Source: Squalus acanthias
Taxonomy: Eukaryota
Direction: 5' to 3'
DNA length: 64,000 bases
Assembly: GCA_030390025.1 (NCBI GenBank)
Contig: JASTWF010000337.1
Span: 310,001-374,000, forward strand
The notes beneath the pieces were generated by a model, which made no database searches, had not been told where the DNA came from, and was given only the letters and a program-made list of their open reading frames with translations. The translations under genes were made by a program, and so were the position numbers. This document shows positions 53,899 to 64,000 of this stretch, in pieces (position 1 is the stretch's first letter; every line of letters starts with the position of its first letter).

Positions 53899-56848
53899 GG
53901 AAGAGGTAAACGAATATGATATGATTGGGATTACAGAAACATGGCTCCAGGGTGACCAAGGCTGGGAACTCAACATCCAGGGGTATTCAATATTCAGGAA
54001 AGATAGGCAAAAAGGAAAAGGAGGTGGGGTAGCATTGCTGGTTAAAGAGGGGATTAACACAATTGTAAGGAAGGATATTAGCTCTGATGATGTGGAATCT
54101 GTATGGGTAGAACTGAGAAATACCAAGGGGCAGAAAACGTTAGTGGGAGTGGTATACAGACCCCCAAACAGTAATGCGGAGGTTGGGGATGGCATTAAAT
54201 GGGAAATTAGAGAAGCATACAATAATGGTACAGCAGTTATCATGGGTGACTTTAATCTACATATAGATTGGGCTAACTAAATTAGTAACAGTACTGTGGA
54301 GGAGGAATTCCTGGAGTGTATACAGGACAGTTTCCTGGACCAATATGTCGAGGAACCAACTAGAGATCAGGCCATCTTAGACTGGGTATTATGTAACGAG
54401 AAAGGATTAATTAGCAATCTTGTTGTGCGAGGCCCCTTGGGTCGAAGCGATCATAATATGATAGAATTCTTCATTAAAATGGAGAATGAAGTAGTTGACT
54501 CGGAGACTAGGGTCCTGAATTTAAATAAAGGAAACTACGATGGTATGAGGCGCGAGTTGGGTAGGATTGATTGGGGAATGTTACTCAAAGGGCTGACGGT
54601 GGATAGGCAATGGCAAACATTCAAAGATCGCATGGATGAACTGCAGAATTTGTTCATCCCAGTTTGGCATAAAAATAAAACAAAAAAGGTGACTCAACCG
54701 TGGCTAACAAGGGAAATTAGGAATAGCATAAGATCCAAGGAGAGGACATATAAATTGGTCAGAAAAAGCAGTAAACCTGAGGATTGGGAGCAGTTTAGGA
54801 TTCAGCAAAGGAGGACAAAGGGATTAATTAAGAGGGGGAAAATAGAGTATGAGAGTAAACTTGCAGGGAACATAAAAACTGACTGTAAAAGCTTTTATAG
54901 ATATGTGAAGAGAAAAAGATTGGTGAAGTCAAACGTAGGTCCCTTGCAGTCAGAATCAGGGGAATTTATAATGGGGAACAAAGAAATGGCAGACCAATTA
55001 AATACATACTTTGGTTCTGTCTTCACAAAGGAGGACATAAATAACCTCCCAGAGATGTCAGGGAACATAGGGTCTAATGAGAGGGAGGAACTGAAAGAAA
55101 TCAGTATTTGTAGGGAAATGGTGTTAGCGAAATTGACGGGATTGAAGGCCGATAAATCCCCAGGGCCTGATAATCTACATCCTAGGGTACTTAAGGAAGT
55201 GGCTCTAGAAATAGTAGATGCATTGCTGGTCATCTACCAAAATTCGATAGATTCTGGAACGGTACCCATGGATTGGAGGGTAGCTAATGTTACCCCACTA
55301 TTCAAAAAAGGTGGTAGAGAGAAAACGGGGAATTATAGACCGATAAGCCTGACATCGGTAGTGGGGAAAATGCTAGAGTCCATTATAAAAGATGTAATAG
55401 CAGAGCACTTGGAAAACAGTGACAGGATCGGACAAAGTCAACATGGATTTACAAAAAGGTAAATCATGCTTGACTAATCTGCTGGAATTTTTTGAAGATG
55501 TAACTGGTAAAATAGATAAGGGAGAACCAGTGGATGTGGTGTATTTGGACTTTCAGAAGGCTTTCGATAAGGTCCCACATAAGAGATTAGCGTGTAAAGT
55601 TAAGGCACATGGGATTGGGGGCAAGGTATTGACTTGGATAGAGAACTGGTTGGCAGACAGAAGGCAAAGAGTTGGAATAAACGGGTCTTTTTCCGAGTGG
55701 CAGGCAGTGACTAGTGGGGTACCGCAGGGATCGGTCCTAGGACCCCAGCTATTCACAATATATATTAATGATCTAGACGAGGGAACTAGATGTAATATCT
55801 CCAAGTTCGCAGACGACACAAAGCTGGGTGGGCGTGTGTGCTGTGAGGAGGATGCCGAAAAACTCCAGCATGATTTGGACAGGTTGGGTGATTGGGCAGA
55901 ATCATGGCAGATGCATTATAATGTGGATAAATGCGAGGTTATCCACTTTGGTGTCAAAAACGGGAAGGCAGATTATTATCTGAATAGCAATAGATTGGGA
56001 GAAGGGGAAGTGCAACGAGACCTGGGTGTCCTTGTGCACCAGTCGCTGAAGGTAAGCATGCAGGTGCAGCAGGCGGTTAAGAAGGCAAATGGTATGTTGG
56101 CCTTCGTAGCGAGAGGGTTCGAATACAGGAACAAGGATGTCTTGCTGCAGTTGTACAGGGTACTGAGTTTAGATGATCAGCCATGATCTCATCGAATGGC
56201 GGAGCAGGCTCGAGGGGCCGAATGGCCTACTCCTGCTCCTATCTTCTATGTTTCTATGTCTATGTACAGGGCCTTGGTGAGACCACACCTTCAGTATTGT
56301 GTGCAGTTTTGGTCGCCTTATCTGAGGAAGGATGTTCTTGCCATGGAGGGAGTGCAGCGAAGATTCACCAGGCTGATACCTGGGATGGCAGGAATGACGT
56401 ATGAGGAGAGATTGGGTCGATTGGGCTTATACTCGCTGGAGTTTAGAAGAATGAGAGGGGATCTCATTGAAACTTATAAAATTCTAACAGGACTAGACAG
56501 ACTAGATGCAGGAAGGATGTTCCCGATGGTTGGGGAGTCCAGAACCAGGGGTCACAGTCTAGGGATAAGGGGTAAGCCATTTCGGACAGAGATGAGGAGG
56601 AATTTCTTCACCCAGAGAGTGGTGAACCTGTGGAATTCTCTACCACAGAAGGCAGTGAAGGACAATTCAATAAATATATTCAAGAAGGAGTTCGATATAT
56701 TTCTTAAGGCTAAAGGGATCAAGGGATATGGGGAAAAGGCAGGGACAGGGTAATGAATTTGGATGATCAGCCATGATCTCATTGAATGGCAGAGCAGGCT
56801 CGAGGGGCCGAATGGCCTACTCCTGCTCCTATCTTCTATGTTTCTATG
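53899..56848 (+). mobile_element. Relatively well-preserved CR1 LINE ORF2 (APE, RT, 3' tail), 5'-truncated
   Basis: GITETW, GDFN, SDHN, QGSVLGP, FADDTK; open stretches of 388 and 255 aa; TTCTATG tail; possible ATGAGA TSD (53893-98 and 56846-51). Confidence 0.96.
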
Positions 56849-57499
56849 AGACGATCACAGTTCAAAAATTGCTAGTTTTGAATTTCTTAAATGTTTAATG
56901 ATTTGAAGTGGATGAGATGTTAATGTTGAGTGTAATTGACGTGGTTTTGTGCCTTTAAGATTTTGGGACATTTGAGGTGATTCTGCTTGTTTAATCACCT
57001 TGGTTGTATTGGAATGTGATAGCGGTCAGTAGACTGACAGCACCTTTAGATCATGTGACTGACTGGTCAGAAAAAAGTACCGGGAAGAACAAGAATGATT
57101 AAAGGATCTCCTGCTATCTCTATGACACCAATATGGAAAAATCTTGTGGTTGGACACCAAATGCTTTGAAAACAATTGGAGTTTAATTTGGAAAAATAAA
57201 AAGGCTGTCTTTCCTGATGAAAATGTTTTTGAAAAGCTAATAGTGACGTAACTAATGATTTCTGCTGTTTTAACGGATTTTCAAATCCTAATGATGGAAA
57301 ACAAAACGTTCGGTAGGATCTCTGTGCAAGTTTTAAAGGTACAAAGACTTTGGAAAAAAAACAAAATGGAGTTTGGCTCTTTTTCAGTCGGCAAAGTTTA
57401 AAAAAATGTGAAGTAACGCAAGTCCACGCGTCTGACGATATCTTCTGATAAAACATGCAAAGACGTTAACCCTTTCCACCGGCAGCTGTTTTTAATTCA

Positions 57500-58240
57500 C
57501 CAAAACGTCTTTTGTGTTGCTGAATGTAAATATATATCCTGGGCATTATTAAATTTAAAGTTTCTTAATTTAAGTGGGTACGTCGCCATGGTGATAGAAG
57601 GAAATCATGAATTGGCAAATTAACCCGTTGGGCTCTCTTATTTAAGAGCCGCAATGGATTCTCTGTTTTTTTTCAAAAGAGTTTTCTGGACTCTATGAAT
57701 GTTGAGGGCGTAGCAAGGGATCCAGCAGTTTTAAGAATTTAACACCTTATCCGCAGACAGCAGCAGATATCAAATGTCACAGCGTGGCAACGATCTGGAC
57801 TAAGACTTTGCCTTTCCAAAGATTCGGCATTAACCCATTCAGGGTCGTTTGTTATGTTCCAAGACAGAGTGCTTGTGGGTGTTGGTGGGGGCGGGGGGGG
57901 AGGGGGTGGCGAATGTGGGAGTTACCTCCAAAACTAATTGCAAAGCACTTCTGTCTCCAATGTAAAACCACCAAGCCTGGGCATCATTTGTTTCTGAAAT
58001 TGGAACATAGAAGATAAATTGATCTGAGTTGCTGTTACACTCACGCACTCAAGAAGGGAAATTTTACCTGAAGTTTAAGGGGACGATCACATATTTTTTT
58101 TAAAAGAATGCAATCTAGGTGGTTCCTGCCCAGTGCTGTGTATCAAGAAAAAAGATCCTTTGGAGAAATAAAATTGAACATTGACAAGTACTGTCAGTCC
58201 AACAACACTGCTCTTTGGATTTGCGATAATTGTGAAATGA
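57500..58240 (+). pseudogene. Decayed pol relics of the LTR element (RNase H/tether-like, then integrase zinc-finger-like)
   Basis: VFCVAECKY/YILGIIKFKVS*FKWV...IGKLTRWALLF resembles Ty3/gypsy-type RNase H; KRMQSRWFLP...IKLNIDKYCQS...CDNC resembles the integrase HHCC region. By-eye motif similarity only. Confidence 0.45.
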
Positions 58241-58329
58241 CAAAATGGAGTCAGGCACAATATAGCGGGTTATTTTGGAAAATAAAAGGCCCAAGAGACG
58301 GTTCGGTTAAGTAAAATAAACAAACTTGC

Positions 58330-60240
58330 TGTACCTGCATGTTAACTTTCTGTGATTCATGTACAAGTACACTCAGGTCCCTCTGAGTGCAAACATTTCC
58401 CAGTCTCTCACCATTCAAAAAATATTCTGCTTTTTGTCTTTCCTATCAAAGTGGATAACTTGACACTTCCCCACATTGTATTCTATTTGCCATGTTCTTG
58501 CCCACTCAGTCAACCTGTCTATATCTCTCTGCAGTCTCTTTGCATCCTCCTCACAGCTTACTTTACCACCTAACTTTGTATCAGCAGCAAACTTGGATAC
58601 GTTACACTCAGTCCCTTCATCGAAGTCATTAATATAGATTGTAAATAGCTGAGGCCCAAGCACTGATCCCTGTGGCACCCCGCTAGTTACAGCCTGCCAA
58701 CCGGAAAAAGTTCCGTTTATTCCTACTCTGTTTTCTGTCCATTAACCAATCCTCAATCCATGCTAATATATTACTCCCAATCACGAGTCCTAATTTTGTG
58801 TAATAACCTTATCGAATGCTTTTTGAAAATCCAAATACACTACATCAACTGGTTCCCCCTTATCCATCCTACCAGTTACATCTTCAAAAAAATCTAACAG
58901 ATTTGTCAAACATGATTTCCCTTTCTCTGCCTAATCATATTATGATTTCTAAGTGCCCTGTTACCACGTCCCTAATAATAGATTCGAGCATTTTGCCTAC
59001 TACTGATGTCAAGCTAACTGGCCTATAGTTCCCCGTTTTTTCTCTTCCTCCTTTCTTAAATAGCAGGGTTATGTTTGCTACCTTCCAATCCTTGGGGACT
59101 GTTCTAGAATCTAGGGAATTTTGGAAAATTGATACCAATGCATCCACTATTTCTGCAGCTACCTCTTTTAAAATCCTAGGATGCAGGTCGCCAGGTCCAG
59201 GGGATTTGTCGCCACTTAGTACTGGAGAAATTAATGGGACTATGTCTTTACTTATACTGATTTCTTTAAATTCCTCATTCTCTCTAGACCCTTGGTTCCC
59301 CACTATTTCCAGAATGTTTTTTGTGTCTTCTAGCATGAAGTCAGATACAAAGTATTTGTTTAATGTCTCTGCCATTTCCTTATATGCCCATTATAATTTC
59401 TCCTGTCTTTGCCTCTAACGGGCCCACGTTTACTTTAACTAATCTCTTCCTATTTACATACTTATAGAAACGGTTACAATCTGCTTTTATGTCTCTTGCT
59501 AATTTACTCTCATATTCTTTTTTCTCTTTCCTGATCAATTTCTTGGTCCTCCTTTGTTGAATTCTAAAATCCTCCCAATCCTTACTACTCTTTTTGGCAA
59601 CATTATAAGCCTCTTCCTTTGATCTAATACTATCTTTAACTTCACTTGTTAGCCACGGTTGGACCACTTTTCCTGTGGGGCTTTTGTGCCTTAAAGGAAT
59701 GTATATTTGTTGTAAATTATGTATTAATTTTTTAAATGCTAGCCATTGCTCATCTACCGTCATACATTTTAATGTAGTTTCCCAATCTACCTTAGCCAAC
59801 TCGCCCCTCATACCTACGTAGTTTGCTTTGTTTAGATTTAAGACCCTAGTTTCAGAGTTAACTAAATCACTTTCAAACTCAATATAAAATTCTATCATAT
59901 TATGGTCACTCTTCCCTAAGGGCCCCTTTACTACAAGGTTATTAAATAACCCTTTCTCATTGCACAATAGTAGATCTAAAATAGCCTGTTCCCTAGTTGG
60001 TTCCTTAACATACTGATCTAGAAAACTATCTTGTATACATTCCATGAACTCGTCCTCCATACTATTACTGCAAATTTGGTTTGCCCAGTCTATATGTAGA
60101 TTAAAGTCCCTCATGATTACTGTATTACCCTTGTTACATGCGCCTCTAATTTCCTGATTTATACTTTGCCCTACATTACAACTACTGTTTGGGGACCTAT
60201 AAACAACTCCCATCAATGTTTTCTGCCCCTTGCTGTTTGT
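58330..60240 (-). mobile_element. CR1 LINE ORF2 fragments with deletions
   Basis: GKSDHNMIEF, PWLTSEVKDSIR, DKSPGPGDLHPRILKE, PQGSVLGPQLF. Confidence 0.92.
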
Positions 60241-60500
60241 TATGGCACGGATATGTGGTCGGAAGCTCATTTCAGGGTCAAATATGTCACCAAGGTTGTG
60301 AACAGTCTAGTTCAGCCTCAGACAGATGCCAGGGAGAGGGATGGAGTCGGTGGCTAGGGAACGGAGTTTGTGGCGGGGACTGAAGAAAATGGCTTTGGTC
60401 TTCCCAATATTTAATTGGAGAAAATTTCTGCTCATCCAGAACTGGATGTCAGACAAGCAATTTAGAGACAGTGGAGGGGTCAAGAGAGGTGGTGGTGAGG
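60240..60500 (-). mobile_element. L2 LINE internal fragment
   Basis: Homologous to 41200-41450 (GGAGAGGGATGGAGTCGGTGGCTAGGGAACGGAGTTTGTG is shared). Confidence 0.85.
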
Positions 60501-60567
60501 TAATAATGGGTGAATTAGAATCAATCCAAAGGGGTTAGGGAAAAGATGTGTGAGGGCACCCATGAGT

Positions 60568-60715
60568 AACATAACATAAGAACATAAGAAATAGGAGCAG
60601 GAGTAGGCCATTTGGCCCCTCGAGCCTGCTCCACCATTTAATGAGATCATGGCTGATCTGATCTTGGGCTCAGCTCCATTTTCCTGTCCGCTCCCCATAA
60701 CCCATCACTCCCTTA
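60568..60715 (-). mobile_element. Short CR1 3'-tail insertion
   Basis: (AACATAAG) microsatellite tail plus reverse complement of the CR1 3' UTR seen at 56760-56848. Confidence 0.85.
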
Positions 60716-62405
60716 TTTGCAACAAAAAAAAATCTGGGAAAATTCCTCTGCCACCCATCTAGGCGATCGAACCAGGAGATCACTCTGGCCCTTTTGCATA
60801 GACTGCCCCCTTGTCCTGATTCTTATCTCATGGATCAGGAGTTGTGCATGCTTTATGCTGTGGCAATGCTGGTTAGAGGCATCTTGGGACCAAATAAACA
60901 CCAGAAACAATGGGTTTTGATTCAACACCCTCTCTCTTTGCCTTCTCCAAATCGACTGGCTTCCCCTGTAACATACACCTAAAGGTGTGGGTCTCCGCCT
61001 CAACCTCCCTTCTTAGTAACGTGTATAGATTTGTTCTCTGCAAAGAAATAATTGCAGAGGCCTGTCTTAATTATGCCTTTCACAATGCTGAATCTGCACC
61101 CACTTGTGCTGCGATTCTGATATGTTTCAGGTTTTTGGGATCTCTGTATCTAGTCATTGGACAAGGTTTGGAGGCTACCCACCAGAAGGCTTGGAATTTT
61201 GATTTGAATCCAGCTGTTGCTTAAATGGATCAGGTGAAAGCTCCCGAACTACAATTGGATCATTTGACTCCACAAATATCGACTGCATAAATACAGGTGC
61301 AAGAAACCACTTTATCTAAACCATATCTTGTGCTGTAGCAACAATTCCAAACCTCTGCTCACTTGTGTTTGTGATACAGGTGAACACCAGTTTGGAATTG
61401 TTCACAGCAATTAAGTGTACAATGGGTCTCAGAACTAAAATAGTTAGCTGTGGCTCTGTGGGCAGCACTCTCGCCTCCGAGTCAGAAGGCCGCGGGTTCA
61501 AGTCCCACTCCAGAGACCCGAGCACAAAAATCCAGGCTGACACCCCAGTGCAGTGCCGAGGGAGTGTTGCATGGTCAGAGGTGCCCTCTTTCAGGTAACT
61601 TAAATCATCTGGGTACAATTCACCAAGAGTTATCAATCTGGTATCAATGTATATTCTAGTGAAAGCCAGGAAATTGTAAGTGTGACAGGTTAATTGATAG
61701 CTTTCTCCTGGAGATTTTTGTGTCCTTGCCTATACTGAACAATAAGGAAACTGCATTTGAGAGCATGGCCACTATCGAGACATAAGCAAAGACCTCCACA
61801 CCGCACCCCCGATCTTTTAATAAGATAACCTGAAATGTCCAAGAAAGGTTTGCATCTGATGTCACGTGTGGCATGATCTTGGGATGTGTGTGTGCAAATG
61901 TGATAAGTTACATGTGAGGCAACTAGCATGCGGAAATGCTCAGTTACTTGACAATAGCACAACATGAAATGGTTAATGTGGCTCAGGAGAGTGAGAAAAC
62001 CTTTAATCAAGGCACTGACATATGTTTCATAGAGAAACCAACCTTTTTATGAAACAATCAGGATAGAGTTAAACACAGAGGGATTGAAATTGAAGTAAAG
62101 AGGGACATAGAATTTGGATTTACGAAATCCGTGGGTTGGGTTCCTTTGAGTTAACAATGAAATTGGAACAATTGAGGGCTAGGGAGAAATAATACTTTGC
62201 AAGAATTATCCACAAAATGGATAAGGGTAAAGGGAGTGCTGAGAATCTTTGAAGTCCATGATTTCTCGATAATATGGGACACTGTAGCTTTCTGTACAAT
62301 GTATTATGATCTTCTCTGTCTGGATCATGATGTGTAGTATTGGGCAAATGAGACTTGGATTAGTGATCACGTACATGCTGCTTGGACAAGCCCTTAAAAA
62401 CTGAA
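60716..62405 (+). pseudogene. Possible decayed env-like gene of the LTR element
   Basis: Lies just upstream of the PPT; RTRR|SL furin-like site (about 60768-60785), LLEIFVSLPIL, Cys cluster DVTCGMILGCVC, hydrophobic LSVQCIMIFSVWIMMCSIG..LGLVITYMLLG (62288-62390); many stops and frameshifts. Confidence 0.35.
61445..61595 (+). mobile_element. tRNA-derived SINE (DeuSINE/SacSINE1-like), 3'-truncated
   Basis: A-box-like TGGCTCTGTGGG, B box GGGTTCAAGTCCC, then AAAATCCAGGCTGACACCCCAGTGCAGTGCCGAGGGAGTG. Confidence 0.75.
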
Positions 62406-62635
62406 GAGGGAAACAGATCCCGGTTAGAGGAGAGCTCTATCAAATATGCTGTGTAAAGGACGATTACCAACAGCTGAAATAAAAGGGGCTCGTTGGCACA
62501 ATATGTATATGGTACGTTTGTTTGTGTGAATGTAACATCAACCGACTGTAAACTCAAGGTGATCTAAGGTGAGGCCAGAAAGGAAATTCACGGGTAAAAG
62601 TGAAAGTCGACCCAGTGTGGTTCCAACTCAGGTTC

Positions 62636-62647
62636 AAAAGGAGGGAA
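62636..62647 (+). promoter_or_regulatory. Polypurine tract AAAAGGAGGGAA
   Basis: All-purine run directly abutting the 3' LTR. Confidence 0.85.
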
Positions 62648-63186
62648 TATTAGAATAGTGACCATTTCTAGTTGACCATCTTCCCATCAGACCCTGCCTG
62701 TGTACAGCAAGTTAAAATGTCCTTGTGACGTGCTGGCTCTTGACGTTCGAGCTGAGCTTACAGATAACAGGTTTTCTTTGGGAACAGACTGAGCTTGTAG
62801 CTGCAAGAACCAGACACTTACAGATAATAGATGGATAACAACAAGATACGGTCAGGGACAAGGCCAGTATGTTTGTAATTAGAGACCGACTTATTGGGTA
62901 TAATTATAGGACGAGTGGTCAGTGGTTGTTCGAGCTCTCAAGACAATCGGAAGTAGCGCAGCCTAGTGACGGAGGGCGAGCTAATCACCTTGAAGTCCGC
63001 GGGGAAACCAGGTTGTATTAATTGCATGTCATTTAATGTAATACTGTAGAACAGTTGTATAAGAACAATAATGTTATTAGTCAATATATATTAAAGCTTG
63101 TTGTTTAAAACCATTCGGCCAGAGTTTTTGTTGCAGGTCTAACAACCCTTTATTGCTACAGTAACCGCGGAAAAAATCCGCTAACA
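62648..63186 (+). repeat. 3' LTR (539 bp)
   Basis: TATTAGAATAGTGACC...CGCTAACA; the two LTRs imply ancestral termini TGTTAG...CTAACA. Confidence 0.95.
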
Positions 63187-63664
63187 GATCCCTCTACACT
63201 GTCCCATCAAACACTCCCAGGGCAGGTACAGCACGGGGTTAGATACAGAGTAAAGCTCCCTCTACACTGTCCCATCAAACTCTTCCAGGGCAGGTACAGC
63301 ACGGGTTAGATACAGAGTAAAGCTCCCTCTACACTGTCCCATCAAACACTCCCAGGGCAGGTACAGCACGGGTTAGATACAGAGTAAAGCTCCCTCTACA
63401 CTGTCCCATCAAACACTCCCAGGGCAGGTGCAGCACAGGTTAGATACAGAGTAAAGCTCCCTCTACACTGTCCCATCAAACACTCCCAGGTCAGGTACAG
63501 TATGGGTTAGATACAGAGTAAAGCTCCCTCTACACTGTCCCATCAAACACTCCCAGGGCAGGTACAGCATGGGTTAGATACAGAGTAAAGCTCCCTCTAC
63601 ACTGTCCCATCAAACACTCCCAGGGCAGGTACAGCACGGGGTTAGATACAGAGTTAAACTCCCT
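63187..63664. repeat. 67-bp tandem repeat, right arm (about 7 copies)
   Basis: Resumes in register with the unit broken at 49466. Confidence 0.97.
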
Positions 63665-63702
63665 AAAACAAATTCTAACTCGTGAAAAACAGCAGAATGT
63701 AC

Positions 63703-63773
63703 CTGTATGTTTTACACAGCACTAGTCGAGAATACACCGAGTCGAAGTCTCGTTCCACCTCCTTACCAGCAGC
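63703..63773 (-). CDS. SGSM3: SGSM3 exon: [23 protein letters not shown](R); gene continues past the right edge
   Basis: cttatttcatag acceptor, CAG|gtacat donor; 71 nt, phase 0 to 2, joins the 48217 exon in frame. Confidence 0.95.
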
Positions 63774-64000
63774 CTATGAAATAAGGGATGGGTGGCAGTG
63801 GGGGGAGGAGGGGGAAGAGAGAAAAAAAGGGGGCGAGGGAGCAAAGGGGAGAAAGAAGAAAGGGGGGGGGGGAAGATGAGGCGAAAGAGAAAGGGCAGAC
63901 AGACGGTACGAGTGGGTAACAAGGGAAGACAGAAACAGGGGGAAGGGAAGATAGAGAGCGGGGAAGAGAGGGGAGCGGAAGAGAGAAACAGGGAGGGGAA

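Larger units (their letters stand above)
49467..63186 (+). mobile_element. Two-LTR retroelement / endogenous retrovirus-like element, 13.7 kb, decayed interior with nested LINEs and SINEs
   Basis: Paired LTRs, PBS, PPT, and TSD GCGCC/GATCC derived from the GCTCC of the host repeat unit. Confidence 0.93.

Noticed and set aside
53921..56753. Long ORFs as a host gene or active LINE
   Set aside because: CR1 ORF2, 5'-truncated, with a stop near 54278, a frameshift near 55455 and an internal insertion.
57090..57410. Possible gag relic (GSPA..M..QYG...FPDENVF)
   Set aside because: Position fits but similarity is too faint and needs several frameshifts; not called.

Overview
Vertebrate nuclear DNA, most likely from a cartilaginous fish (inferred from HE1-like V-SINE, CR1/HER1-type LINEs and a 67-bp repeat I associate with shark genomes). 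Bases 1-30118 are one 19-bp satellite (about 1,580 units, two dominant variants, irregular higher-order duplications); its long ORFs are artefacts. The minus strand of 34515-63773 carries the last six coding exons of SGSM3 (RUN-domain C-terminus), all GT-AG and in phase, and missed by the ORF track. The introns are inflated by minisatellites (about 22, 40, 21 and 67 bp) and nested CR1, L2, Penelope-like and SINE copies. The best find is a 13.7-kb LTR element (49467-63186), antisense in the largest intron and inserted in-register into a 67-bp repeat array. It has about 98%-identical LTRs, a degenerate 5-bp TSD, a tRNA-Asn-like PBS, a PPT, decayed RNase H/integrase/env-like relics and about 8 kb of nested LINE/SINE cargo, including a minimal hammerhead ribozyme.
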